Assembly (NCBI GenBank): GCA_041657955.1
Contig: JBBABA010000001.1
Span: 40,578 to 104,577 of the forward strand
Length of the DNA stretch: 64,000 bases
Direction of reading: 5' to 3'
Source of the DNA: Thermoplasmata archaeon
GTDB taxonomy: Archaea; Thermoplasmatota; JASEFT01; JBBABA01
In this document: piece after piece, positions 18,931-29,200 of the stretch
How positions within the stretch are numbered: the first letter of the stretch is position 1
Layout: each line of letters begins with the position of its first letter
Made by a program: the position numbers and the translations under genes
The notes under the pieces: model-generated
Told to the model about the DNA's origin: nothing
Database searches by the model: none
What the model saw: only the letters and a program-made list of their open reading frames with translations

Positions 18931-20232
18931 ATGGCAAAACAAAATTATGAAGATATGCAACGCAAGCGCGCGAACATGCAAAATCAAGCCCGAAACCGCC
19001 TGACGCATCCAGTAAACGACATATGGGAAACAAAAAGCCAAAAACTGTCTGGAAAAGCCATCGTATTGGGAGTAACTGGAAGCATCGCCGCTGTCGAAAC
19101 AGTAAAGCTGGCGCACGAGCTCGCAAGACACGGCGCAGACGTATGGTGCGTGATGAGCCGCCCGACTGCAAACATCATACACCCGGACGCGCTGGAATTC
19201 GCGACAGGGCACCCCGTGATTTTGGAAATCACAGGTCAGACCGAGCACATATCTTTGTGCGGCGACACAAAAAGAAAGGCAGATATACTTCTTATCGCCC
19301 CCTGTACCGCAAACACGCTGTCAAAAATCGCGTGCGGGATTGACGACACGCCTGTAACGACATTCGCGACAACCGCGATAGGATCCGACATACCGATTCT
19401 CATCGTGCCTGCCATGCACGCATCCATGTATCGCCATCCGATTGTAAAAGAGAACATGGAAAAACTGCGAAAGTACGGGGTAACAATAATAGAACCAAAA
19501 ATCGAGGAAAACAAGGCAAAGATGATGGATGTTGATGAGATTGTTGCAAACGTCTTTAGACGCATCGGAAAAAATGACATGGCTGGAAAAAAAACACTGA
19601 TAATCTCGGGGTCGACCGAAGAGGAAATCGACGACGTCAGGGTGATAACGAACCGGAGCACGGGAAAGACGGGGATTGAAATCGCAAAGGTTGTCTTCGA
19701 ACGCGGCGGCAATGTCACGCTTCTATGCGGGGCAAGCTCAGAAAAACCGCCGAGGTATATTCAGACAGAGAGGTTTTCCTCAGTAAAAAATTTAATGGAT
19801 ACACTAAAAAAGACGGATTTGCATAAATATGATATAATAATCATTCCCGCCGCAATATCCGATTATACTGCAAAGAAGCAAAAAGGAAAAATATCCTCTA
19901 CGAAAAAGAAAATTTCATTGGAGCTAACACAAACGCCAAAGGTTGTGGACTTCATAAGAAAAACATCGACGGCATACCTCGTTGGGTTTAAGGCAGAGCA
20001 CGGGATACCCGAGAAGGAACTGATCGACCGCGCATACGGGCGGTTAAAAGATATGGGCATGGACTTGATAGTAGCCAACGATATTTCGCTTACGACACCA
20101 GACGAAAACGTGGTTTTCATAATAGACAAAACCAAAAAAACCAAAAAAGTTGAGGGCAAAAAACAAAAAATCGCGGAAGAGATAATCGACACCATAGTCG
20201 AAAATGTAAAAAGTATCGGTGGTGGGAGCTGA
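18931..20232 (+). CDS. coaBC: bifunctional phosphopantothenoylcysteine decarboxylase / phosphopantothenate-cysteine ligase
   Basis: flavoprotein N-domain (IVLGVTGSIAA) and CoaB C-domain; start may be a downstream Met. Confidence 0.85.
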   Translation: MAKQNYEDMQRKRANMQNQARNRLTHPVNDIWETKSQKLSGKAIVLGVTGSIAAVETVKLAHELARHGADVWCVMSRPTANIIHPDALEFATGHPVILEITGQTEHISLCGDTKRKADILLIAPCTANTLSKIACGIDDTPVTTFATTAIGSDIPILIVPAMHASMYRHPIVKENMEKLRKYGVTIIEPKIEENKAKMMDVDEIVANVFRRIGKNDMAGKKTLIISGSTEEEIDDVRVITNRSTGKTGIEIAKVVFERGGNVTLLCGASSEKPPRYIQTERFSSVKNLMDTLKKTDLHKYDIIIIPAAISDYTAKKQKGKISSTKKKISLELTQTPKVVDFIRKTSTAYLVGFKAEHGIPEKELIDRAYGRLKDMGMDLIVANDISLTTPDENVVFIIDKTKKTKKVEGKKQKIAEEIIDTIVENVKSIGGGS

Positions 20233-20233
20233 A

Positions 20234-21172
20234 ATGACGACTATGCGACGCAAGGCGTTTGCACCCGGCCACATCAGCGGTTTTTTCCAGATATGCAGAA
20301 ATTCCAGGAATTTAGAAAAATACGGCTCCCGTGGAGCAGGCATCTGCATTAATAAGGGGGTAACTTCTGCCGTGGAAATTAAAGAGAGCGACGCTCAAGC
20401 AATCCGTGTATTTATAAATGGAAAGGAAAGTGCCGCCGAGGTCACCAAACAGGCAATAAAAAATCTCATCTCTGCAGGATCAGCATATAATAAAAAAACG
20501 AAGCAGAAGGGCACAAAAACCCAACCGCCCGACTCGAAATACAGCATCACGATCAACACCGCTCTCGAACTGCCGGTCAGCCAAGGGTTCGGCTTGAGTG
20601 CAGCCGGTGCTTTAAGCGCCGCACTCGCGACAGCATATGCACTCGAACTGAAATATCCAAAGACCGAAGCAGTATCTGCCGCGCACAAAGCAGAGATAGC
20701 ATGCGGAACTGGTTTGGGTGACGTGGTTGCCGAAGCCACCGGGGGTGTAGTGTTCAGGCGGGAACCAGGCATACCGCCGCACGGTGTTGTAGATAGGATA
20801 GACAGCGACAGTGATGTTGTCCTTTGTGTGGTTGGCGAGGAGATATTGACAAAAGACATAATCCTCAACGCAAAGCACATAGAACGCATCAACGACAGCG
20901 GCGAGAGGTGTATGATTGAGTTCCTTGCAGATCCAACAATCGCAAACTTCTTTGAGGTTGCGTATAAATTTACCTTGGAAATCAAATTGATGTCTTCGCC
21001 AGTCATAAACGCGATAAACGAGGCGCGCAAATACGGCGCGGCAAGCGCGTGCATGCTCGGAAACTCTGTTTTTGCGATGGGGGACGTCGATAAAATGACA
21101 AACACCCTCAAAGAATACGGCGAAGTCTATCTGTGCGAGATAGACAAGGACGGAATGAGGGTTTTGACATAA
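20234..21172 (+). CDS. pantoate kinase (archaeal CoA pathway, GHMP-kinase family)
   Basis: AFAPGHISGFF N-terminal signature; ATG 2 nt after the coaBC stop. Confidence 0.7.
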   Translation: MTTMRRKAFAPGHISGFFQICRNSRNLEKYGSRGAGICINKGVTSAVEIKESDAQAIRVFINGKESAAEVTKQAIKNLISAGSAYNKKTKQKGTKTQPPDSKYSITINTALELPVSQGFGLSAAGALSAALATAYALELKYPKTEAVSAAHKAEIACGTGLGDVVAEATGGVVFRREPGIPPHGVVDRIDSDSDVVLCVVGEEILTKDIILNAKHIERINDSGERCMIEFLADPTIANFFEVAYKFTLEIKLMSSPVINAINEARKYGAASACMLGNSVFAMGDVDKMTNTLKEYGEVYLCEIDKDGMRVLT

Positions 21173-21333
21173 GAAGTCACTATCAAATGAGGGTTTTGGC
21201 CTAAGAAATCATTGTCAGACCAGAGCCCAAACATTTGGCGAAGCACGCTTCAAATTACGCATAGAAACAGATAGAACCGCTTTTCCTGGCAATATAAGGG
21301 TGAAACAAAATCTTCTACCTCTCAGTTATACAT

Positions 21334-21500
21334 TTTTATCTCTGTATATATTTTTGTCTCTACCCGTCTGTTTTTATCTCAGTATGTGTTTTTATCTCTA
21401 TCTGTGTGTTTTTATTTCTATATGTGTTTTTTTTTATCTCTATCTGTGTGTTTTTATTTCTATATGTGTTTTTTTTTATCTCTGTCTATGTTTTTATCTA
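21334..21500. repeat. intergenic tandem repeat, ~8 copies of a ~21-bp unit (TTTTTATCTCTATCTGTGTG-like), including an exact 42-bp duplication
   Basis: direct reading: 21394-21435 is identical to 21436-21477; degenerate copies on both sides. Confidence 0.85.
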
Positions 21501-21572
21501 TTACGACCGTCGAGACTGGTGGTCGGTTGATCTTACTGGTGAAATGTTGAAATATCCTTAACATGGCAATCT

Positions 21573-22328
21573 TTGTCTATCGGAGAATACCTTTATAAAC
21601 GGCCATTTCCTTATGTTTTTTCGATGTTCAGAGAAACAATCGAAGGACTCGACCAAATCTTTGAAACTGATATTAAGACAAGAAAGACACTCCTGGTGCT
21701 GGGTGGCGGCGGGACGCTTAAAACAAGTTTTGTATACAATCTTCTATCGCTCCATCTCGCGAAGACAGGAGAGGTCGCATTATATATCACGCTGGAAGAA
21801 AGCGAGGAAAGCATACTGGAGAATATCAGATCTATAAACGCGCCTATTAGCAACAACATTCATATTGTGGATTACAACATTCTTAGATCGCAGTTCAAGG
21901 ATAAGGAAAAGGACCTGGAATTCGCGTATGTTTTGGAAACATTAATGAACTCGTTTAAAAAAGAGTACCCCGACAAATTCAGGTACTTGGCGTTAGACTC
22001 GCTCGGTGCGTTATATTCGTTGATAAAAATTTCAGACGCCAGGTCAGACATATACCACTTCTTTAATACATTAAAGGATTTGAGCTTAACCGGATTCATA
22101 ATCGCAGAAGAAACAGTTGCCGAACAGGGCAAGTTCGGTTATGAGGATTTCCTAACCGATGGAGTAATCACGCTGGGCTTGGTGGAAATAGAGGGACAGG
22201 TAAAACGATACATGCAGGTGAAAAAGATGCGCACCGTAAAGCACCAGATGGACAAATTTGAGATGGCAATCGGAGACAACGGGCTCACGATTGTCGGGCC
22301 ACTTTTCTCTGAAGCGGGATCTTCGTAG
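21573..22328 (+). CDS. KaiC/RadA-like RecA-superfamily ATPase domain protein with atypical P-loop
   Basis: single KaiC-like domain; Walker A region reads LGGGGTLKTS (no Gly before the Lys). Confidence 0.65.
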   Translation: MSIGEYLYKRPFPYVFSMFRETIEGLDQIFETDIKTRKTLLVLGGGGTLKTSFVYNLLSLHLAKTGEVALYITLEESEESILENIRSINAPISNNIHIVDYNILRSQFKDKEKDLEFAYVLETLMNSFKKEYPDKFRYLALDSLGALYSLIKISDARSDIYHFFNTLKDLSLTGFIIAEETVAEQGKFGYEDFLTDGVITLGLVEIEGQVKRYMQVKKMRTVKHQMDKFEMAIGDNGLTIVGPLFSEAGSS

Positions 22329-22582
22329 ATTAATAGCAATTAATTTTTTCAGAAATCAAACAACAATAACCGGCCATATGTTTTGAAAGTCTCAAAGCGC
22401 CCAATGTGAAAAAGGCATTAAACAGATAATAATAAATAAACAAAATAAATTATAGATAAAATACTATTATTAAAAAGTAAGAAAAACTAAAAATACGGCA
22501 AATAAACAATTTATTGCAGTAATCACAAAATCATTGAAACGCAATGTAATAAAAAATAAGATATTAAAAAACAGAAAATTAT

Positions 22583-22654
22583 GCGGCTGTAGTCTAGTGG
22601 TTAGGACTGGAGCTTCCCAAGCTTCAAACTCGGGTTCAAATCCCGGCAGCCGCA
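22583..22654 (+). tRNA. tRNA-Gly (anticodon CCC)
   Basis: acceptor GCGGCTG/CAGCCGC; anticodon loop TTCCCAA; T-loop GGTTCAAATCC. Confidence 0.85.
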
Positions 22655-22960
22655 CATCAACCAACAGAACCAATTAACAGTGATAGGATTTGAACCGAAG
22701 GTGTTGGAAAATTTTTAACTAATTATATTGAAATTTTTTAACTGAGTGGTATAAAGCACCTCTACATCAAATCCCGACAACCGCACATTGGCTGATAGAA
22801 CTAATTTTAACAGTGGCGGGATTTGAAAATGCGACGAACAAATATCATAACATCGCATGGCTCTGAAAAATTTTAATACACATTGTAGAAATTTTTCACT
22901 CCGAAGGAGAAACCCCGGCAGCCGCACATAAAACTCGGGGCAGCGCATACCCCGCGCATA
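22655..22960. repeat. degenerate copies of the tRNA-Gly 3' half (T-arm + acceptor), direct and inverted; att-site-like remnants
   Basis: TCAAATCCCGGCAGCCGCACAT (tRNA end) recurs as CATCAAATCCCGACAACCGCACATTGGCT (~22768) and CCCCGGCAGCCGCACAT (~22913); inverted GGATTTGAA arms at ~22686 and ~22816. Confidence 0.6.
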
Positions 22961-22976
22961 AAATCAGCCGGATGTA

Positions 22977-23543
22977 TCAGAGCGAATCGCCGCGCAACGA
23001 TACCCTTCTTGTAATTTCGCGAAGCAAACGCGAAACCTCTTTTTTTACATAACACGATTCGAGTATCCCAAATATCTTGTCGGCATTGCCCTTGTCGGTT
23101 TTGATTGTGCCGACATACGAGTTGTCCCCCAATTTCGCCCAAATGAGATATGTATCGTCAACAACAATGATCGGGACAGATAAGCGATAAATTGAGGACA
23201 ACCTATAGTTCGAATGCTCCTTCCAGAGTTTCTCCTCCTCCACCAAATTTTGCTCAAATATTGTTAACCGACCCTCGAATCCTATTGTTTTATCTTCAAA
23301 AAACTCGTCTCGTGTGTATGTATACGAATATAATAACAAACACGAACCTCCTTTTCCAACAACACGGCGGATACTATCCTTAGATATCTCCGCAAACTGT
23401 TCTCTATGTTTTTTGTCGGGAGACCGCGTGTCGCAGAGGAGTGATAACGAATTTTGAAATGCCCCTATCCTTTTTTGTGCTTTTTGTACTTCTGCACCAA
23501 TATATTTGTAAACTTCCTCTTCACAATCGATAAACTCAACCAT
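22977..23543 (-). CDS. hypothetical protein
   Basis: 188-aa ORF between the tRNA-derived repeats and the SRP RNA; no motif recognised. Confidence 0.5.
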   Translation of the reverse strand: MVEFIDCEEEVYKYIGAEVQKAQKRIGAFQNSLSLLCDTRSPDKKHREQFAEISKDSIRRVVGKGGSCLLLYSYTYTRDEFFEDKTIGFEGRLTIFEQNLVEEEKLWKEHSNYRLSSIYRLSVPIIVVDDTYLIWAKLGDNSYVGTIKTDKGNADKIFGILESCYVKKEVSRLLREITRRVSLRGDSL

Positions 23544-23794
23544 GTTTACACCAGTTTATCATATGCGCGGTTGTATATTAAAAGTTTCTATACTGGGTAT
23601 AAAACCTTCAACTTATGGAATATTTGGTCCGAATCATCCTTTGATGGGCGAGAATGCTCCGATAAGGCACAGCACCTAAGTCGAAGACATCCAGAGATAT
23701 TCCAAAAAGATTAAAAAGACCGAGAATATAACGAGTATAGGCGCATCGCAGGGCGTACAAATCCTGCAGAGATCGAAAAACCAAGAACCTGGCG

Positions 23795-24118
23795 AAAGAC
23801 GTTGAGATATACCGGGGTGTTAGGCGTACCCTGTGACCTATAAACCGTCTACAGTAGGGGCGAAGTTTGGGGGCAGTGATTCTGCTTGATATTGGACCAA
23901 ATGCTGCCGTTGAGACCACGTCCCTCGGGGGCTTGGGTGAATTTGGTTGCAGCCGGAGGGTTGCAGCCGTTTACTTCATCAGGGGAACCGGGTCAGGTCC
24001 GGAAGGAAGCAGCCTTATCCTGAACTATTGTCGCTCGAGGGGGTGCGGGGTTGAGAAGGTATTTGGAGCACCCAACTATTGAGCAGAGCACCCACCTCAC
24101 ACGCTCTCAGCGTCCGCT
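23795..24118 (+). ncRNA. signal recognition particle RNA (7S/SRP RNA)
   Basis: conserved helix-8 motif GGTCAGGTCCGGAAGGAAGCAGCC at ~23990-24014; GC-rich structured region; candidate terminal helix 23797-23806 / 24105-24114; exact ends uncertain. Confidence 0.65.
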
Positions 24119-24251
24119 AAAATAAATTAATAACCAAGTTAAACTGATATGGAGAGCATTAGCTGTATAATCGAGAGCATTATTTGCCTATTCACACACA
24201 GTTCAACACGCAGCTACTCATAGAAACAGATCGGATGAAAAAAAAAGAGGA

Positions 24252-25373
24252 ATGATTATGAACGACATAAGAATGAACAAACTGGCAAAAAACCTGATCA
24301 ACTACTCGGTTAGATTGAAAAAAGGCGAAAAAATATTGATAGAAACTTTTGACATACCGCCCGAATTCGTGAACGAATTGATAAAAGAAACGGTTGCGGT
24401 CGGCGGCACACCTATAGTCGAGTTGAAAAACAATTTGGTGTTAAGAGAACTTTACAAGAACGCTACCGAGAAAGGCATGAAGATTATCGGCGACTATGAA
24501 TTATATCGAATGAAGAAGGTAGACGCATATATAGGCGCGAGAGGGAGCTTCAACATCTCCGAGATGTCGGATGTTCCAATGGAAAAAATGAAGTTGTACC
24601 AAACACACTGGCTTAAACCCGTGCACCTCCAGCAGCGTGTTCCGCACACAAAATGGGTGGTCCTCAGATGGCCGACGTCTTCAATGGCGCAGCAGGCAGG
24701 CATGAGCACGGAAGCGTTTGAGAATTTCTATTTCGACGTCTGCACCATGAATTACAGCAAGATGTCAAAGGCCATGGACTCGTTAAAATCCTTAATGGAA
24801 GAAACAGACAAAGTACAAATAAAGGGCCCGGGCACAGACCTCAGATTTTCGATAAAAGGCATACCTGTGATAAAATGCGACGGGAAGCTGAACATTCCGG
24901 ACGGCGAAATATTCACAGCACCGGTTAAGAACTCCGTAAACGGCGTTATGACATACAACACACCCACCATATACCAGGGCACGGCGTTTGAAAACATAAA
25001 ACTGAAGTTCAAGAACGGGAAAATAATTGAAGCGACAGCGTCGGACACGGCAAAGCTGAATAAAATACTCGACTCTGACAGCGGAGCCCGCTATATCGGC
25101 GAGTTCGCACTCGGGGTAAACCCGTACATAACCCGCGCAATGAAGGACATACTGTTCGACGAGAAGATAATGGGGTCTTTCCATCTGACGCCCGGCAACT
25201 CATACGACGAGGCAGATAACGGAAATAAATCAGAAATACACTGGGACATGGTCTGCATCCAGACAAAAGAGTTCGGCGGCGGAGAGATATATTTCGACGA
25301 CATGCTTGTAAGGAAAGACGGAATGTTTGTCGGAAAGAAATTGGAATGCTTGAACCCAAAGAATCTGAAATGA
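24252..25373 (+). CDS. M29-family aminopeptidase (aminopeptidase T / AmpS-like)
   Basis: 373-aa ORF; family-typical C-terminal segment HLTPGNSYDE...EIHWDMV. Confidence 0.8.
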   Translation: MIMNDIRMNKLAKNLINYSVRLKKGEKILIETFDIPPEFVNELIKETVAVGGTPIVELKNNLVLRELYKNATEKGMKIIGDYELYRMKKVDAYIGARGSFNISEMSDVPMEKMKLYQTHWLKPVHLQQRVPHTKWVVLRWPTSSMAQQAGMSTEAFENFYFDVCTMNYSKMSKAMDSLKSLMEETDKVQIKGPGTDLRFSIKGIPVIKCDGKLNIPDGEIFTAPVKNSVNGVMTYNTPTIYQGTAFENIKLKFKNGKIIEATASDTAKLNKILDSDSGARYIGEFALGVNPYITRAMKDILFDEKIMGSFHLTPGNSYDEADNGNKSEIHWDMVCIQTKEFGGGEIYFDDMLVRKDGMFVGKKLECLNPKNLK

Positions 25374-25536
25374 TTTCTTTCCTATGTTTTACATGTTCGT
25401 GCATTGAATCGTCGTCGGCTCATTTCTAATAGATGCTAGACAGTATAGTTTAGAAAATGCACCCGATCTATTTACGATGTTCAAAAGAAAAAACAAGAAC
25501 CCCATTTAGGGGCCAAATTGGGCGTACTTGGAATAT

Positions 25537-26148
25537 CTACTCGCTCTTCTTCGGCTTGAACGTCATTATCGGTTTTCCCAGCGGAAGGATCTCAACTCCC
25601 GTGTGTTTGTTCAGCAGTGCTCCTGCAGCTCCGTAGAACGCGGAGAAAGAGGTACCGAGTAATGTAGCCCCGGTGATTCTAGAGTCGAATGGGTAGTATG
25701 AATTTACTATAAGCGCTATCAGCGCCAAGTCAATGAATATCAGGACGACAAACAGCATTTTGTTGGTGTTAAGCGACCCAAAGGTCAGGTATATGCTGAA
25801 TACCAGATAACCTATGAACGCGAATGTTAGGTGCTTAGGTTCTACGGCAACGCCTCCCCACAACATAATGACATATGTTAATGTGAGACCATACCAGAGC
25901 AGTGCGTATCCCGTGAACGCGGTTGCACCAAACAAGTTATTCCTGCGAAAATCTATACTGCCGGCGATAAGCTGTGCAGTTGCACCTAGGAACAAAGTCC
26001 ACGGTATTATGAGTGCCTTTTGAGCGCCTGTCCAACCAAAATCTGCGGAGGCAAGTACTAACGCGGCTACAGCGAGCCCAAATAACCCCAGGCTTGTCGG
26101 GTCCGCAATCGTGGGGCTATTTTGTGTTGTTGTCTCTGACATATCCAC
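25537..26148 (-). CDS. GPR1/FUN34/YaaH-family membrane protein (acetate/succinate channel-like)
   Basis: six hydrophobic helices; N-terminal DPTSLGLFGLAV motif. Confidence 0.7.
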   Translation of the reverse strand: MDMSETTTQNSPTIADPTSLGLFGLAVAALVLASADFGWTGAQKALIIPWTLFLGATAQLIAGSIDFRRNNLFGATAFTGYALLWYGLTLTYVIMLWGGVAVEPKHLTFAFIGYLVFSIYLTFGSLNTNKMLFVVLIFIDLALIALIVNSYYPFDSRITGATLLGTSFSAFYGAAGALLNKHTGVEILPLGKPIMTFKPKKSE

Positions 26149-26276
26149 CTCACCTTGAAATCGGGAAAGGCACGCTATTATTTAATGTTTTCTTGATGCT
26201 TTATATGATTTAGCTCGATATCAGGGTTCAATTTTCTTATACCAGCATATAACAAAATTTCAATTTTAGAAATCAC

Positions 26277-29200
26277 ATGGCAGGCAAATCATTGTGCCAA
26301 AAGCATTATATCTCAGTAGCAGCGTATTTTATAAGTGGCATGCACGAATCAAAAATAAAGACGCAATTAAGCGCAATGTTTGTTGCATCGATACTAGCTA
26401 TATCTGTGCTTGTTGTTAGCGTTAGCTATATCTCCATATCTATGTCTATAAAAAATAGCGATGAGAAAAGAATTGATTTTTATGATGTAAACGGAAACAA
26501 GATAGAAGACGTGTTGGAGAATGTTGTTGCAAACAAACAGGAGAACGAAACCGTAAAAGCGATAGTTTCATTCAACAACAAGGACAACAACCATCACTTG
26601 AACGATTTTGAAGCTATAGGCGCAAAAATTTTGTTTGATTATCAGATAATAAACGGAATTGCCATAGAGCTTCCTTGCAATAACCTGACAAAGATACCAA
26701 ATATTGGGGATGTAGAATACGTCGAGCTCGACCGTGAGTATCGCATCCAATATAATGAAAATGATGCCGAGCTAGACCGCGAATACCGCACCCTGCTTAA
26801 TGACAAAGTCCAGTTGATAGACGCTGACCCGCCCACACTTCAAAAGTATGGTTATGGAGATATCACGGGATGGGGCGTAACAATCGCAGTCATAGACACC
26901 GGAATAGATCCAACCCACGAATCACTAGATGATATGGACGATAACCCTGCTACAACTGACCCAAAAGTTATCGGCTGGTATGATAATGTAAACCATAGGA
27001 CATCTGCTTATGACGACCAAGGGCATGGAACACATTGCGCTGGGATATGTGCGGGCACAGGAGGGCCATCACATACATACCGGGGTGTAGCTCCGGGGGC
27101 GAAATTGGTCGGCGTTAAAGTCATGAACAGCCAGGGTGGTGGCACAGAAAGCACGATGATTGACGGCCTAAACTGGATTATAAACAATAAAGGCAAGTAT
27201 AACATAAGAGTAATCTCGATGAGCTTGGGGCTGCCTTATTATATGGCGGCTATGGCTGGGATGCCATTAAACGGAAAGTCGACCATCGACAAGGCCGCAA
27301 CTGCCGCAGTAAACGCGGGGTTAATATTTGCCGTGGCTGCGGGTAATTCTGGCCATATGGATGTGCAGGGAAACCGCCTAATAGTTACAGAACCGCTTAA
27401 AGAAACCATAGGCCCGCCCGCTACATGCGAAGATGTGATAACTGTTGGAAGCAATTTTCTTTCCGGGAGTGACACGGGCGTAGATTTTTATTCCAGTAGG
27501 GGGCCGACATCGGACGGCAGAACAAAGCCCGACGTCGCGGCACCTGGTACAGACGTAATGGCTCCAAACGTCAACACCAAGACCGGTTATGTAAGGCACT
27601 CTGGCACCTCGATGGCCTGCCCAATGGTTGCTGGTTCTGCAGCGCTTGTTATAAATTATTATCTGAATGCTACGAAAGGGTATGAAAATTACTATCCGCA
27701 AACGACGGGGGGGCTCCCAATGCCTACAAACGCACAGGTAAAAAAACTTCTAGGAGAACTCACGGCAATCGACCTTTTTCCATACAGCGAACCAGGTAAG
27801 GATAACGACACAGGCTGGGGGTTGATAGATGTAAGCGAGGCAATGAACGCAATAAACTTTTTACCTATCGCAAAGGCAACAGCTAACACCACAACCGCGG
27901 TTGCCGGTGAAACAATAACTTTTACGGCTAAGGACACAACAGACATAAACGGTCCAAGGTCACGAGCTGTTTATATGTGGGATTTCGGAGACCAGTATGC
28001 GGACCCGGCAACAAACCCGAATAAGGATTGGTACATGAACACGAGCCACAAATTTACGCGCGGCGGCACGTACACAATAACACTGACAATCACAAACATC
28101 AAGGAAGCCACCTACAGCGAACCAGACGATTTTAAAAAGGCCAACACATGGGACGTCGGGGTTTCAGGCATCAACACCAAATCGATTCAAATAACGATTC
28201 TAAACAGCCCTCCGGTCGCTGTTATAAACAAAGTGAATTTCGCAAGCGACATTGTTCCGACAAATCAGCAGACTTCTTTCGACGCATCGCAATCCTATGA
28301 TAATGACACGAGCACTCCAAACAATCCTCTGCAGTATAAGTGGGCATTTGGGGACGGTTCATCTACTGATTGGGCAAGTTCGCCTACTGCACAGCACACG
28401 TATGTGACCAAAGGCACATACAACGTCGTCTTAACAGTGAAGGATGATGCCGACGCCACGGCCACAGACACCATGACACTAAAGGCGACGAGTCCTCCAG
28501 CCGCAGTACCCGGGCCTAGTCAAACCGTTAAGACAAACGAAGTTGTTTATTTTAACGGTACAGGAACAGACAGCGACGGCTCGATCGCCAAATATTTGTG
28601 GGATTTCGACGGCGACGGCACGTATGATTGGGAGTCTACAACCACAGGAAAGACAACGCATACTTACCAGCACAAAGGAGCGTATGACGCCGCCTTTAAG
28701 ACAATAGACGACATGGGCGCAGAAACAATCACCAAGGTAAAAATAAACATCGAAAACACGCTGCCTGTGCCGATAGTTAAAATAACGAAATCGAACGTTA
28801 CTTACCCAGGCGACACCGTACGTTTTGATGCATCCAGCTCTTACGACACAGACACCCACACACAGCAAAACCCAATATCATTCAAATGGATATTTGGCGA
28901 CGGTGCGACCTCTACCGACGCAGCCACCAACCACATCTATCAGGACAACGGCATATATAATTTGACACTCCAAATAACCGATGACGATTTTGGAATTACA
29001 ATTTATCGACAAAATTTAACAATACTGAACAAAAAACCCATAGCGACAATAGACGAGAATACGCGCCTGACAAACATAACAACAGCAAACAGCGGAGAAG
29101 AGATTTTATTTACATCGCCTAGCGCGTACGACCCTGACACCCATACGCCAAGCGCCCCGATAACTTACCAATGGGACTTCGGCGATGGGAATATCGGATA

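Noticed and set aside
21334-21500. Possible CRISPR array
   Set aside because: Units are contiguous with no unique spacers, the unit (~21 bp) is too short and AT-rich, and there are no cas genes in the window.
21300-21530. 76-aa Cys/Phe/Tyr-rich ORF (MKQNLLPL...CFYLYLCVF...)
   Set aside because: It is a translation of the ~21-bp tandem repeat array; the periodic low-complexity sequence is an artefact, not a protein.
22470-23142. ORFs 22470..22673, 22715..22948 and 22873..23142 (all -)
   Set aside because: They run across tRNA-Gly(CCC) and its 3'-half repeat fragments or overlap the start of the 188-aa gene; the amino-acid composition is not protein-like.
23608-24082. ORFs 23608..23919 (-) and 23867..24082 (+)
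   Set aside because: Both overlap the SRP RNA, whose conserved helix-8 motif gives a better explanation for the GC-rich sequence.
22655-24250. Intact integrated provirus or plasmid at tRNA-Gly(CCC)
   Set aside because: att-like repeats are present but no integrase or other mobile-element gene is recognisable; only a single 188-aa hypothetical gene and the SRP RNA lie here, so at most decayed remnants.
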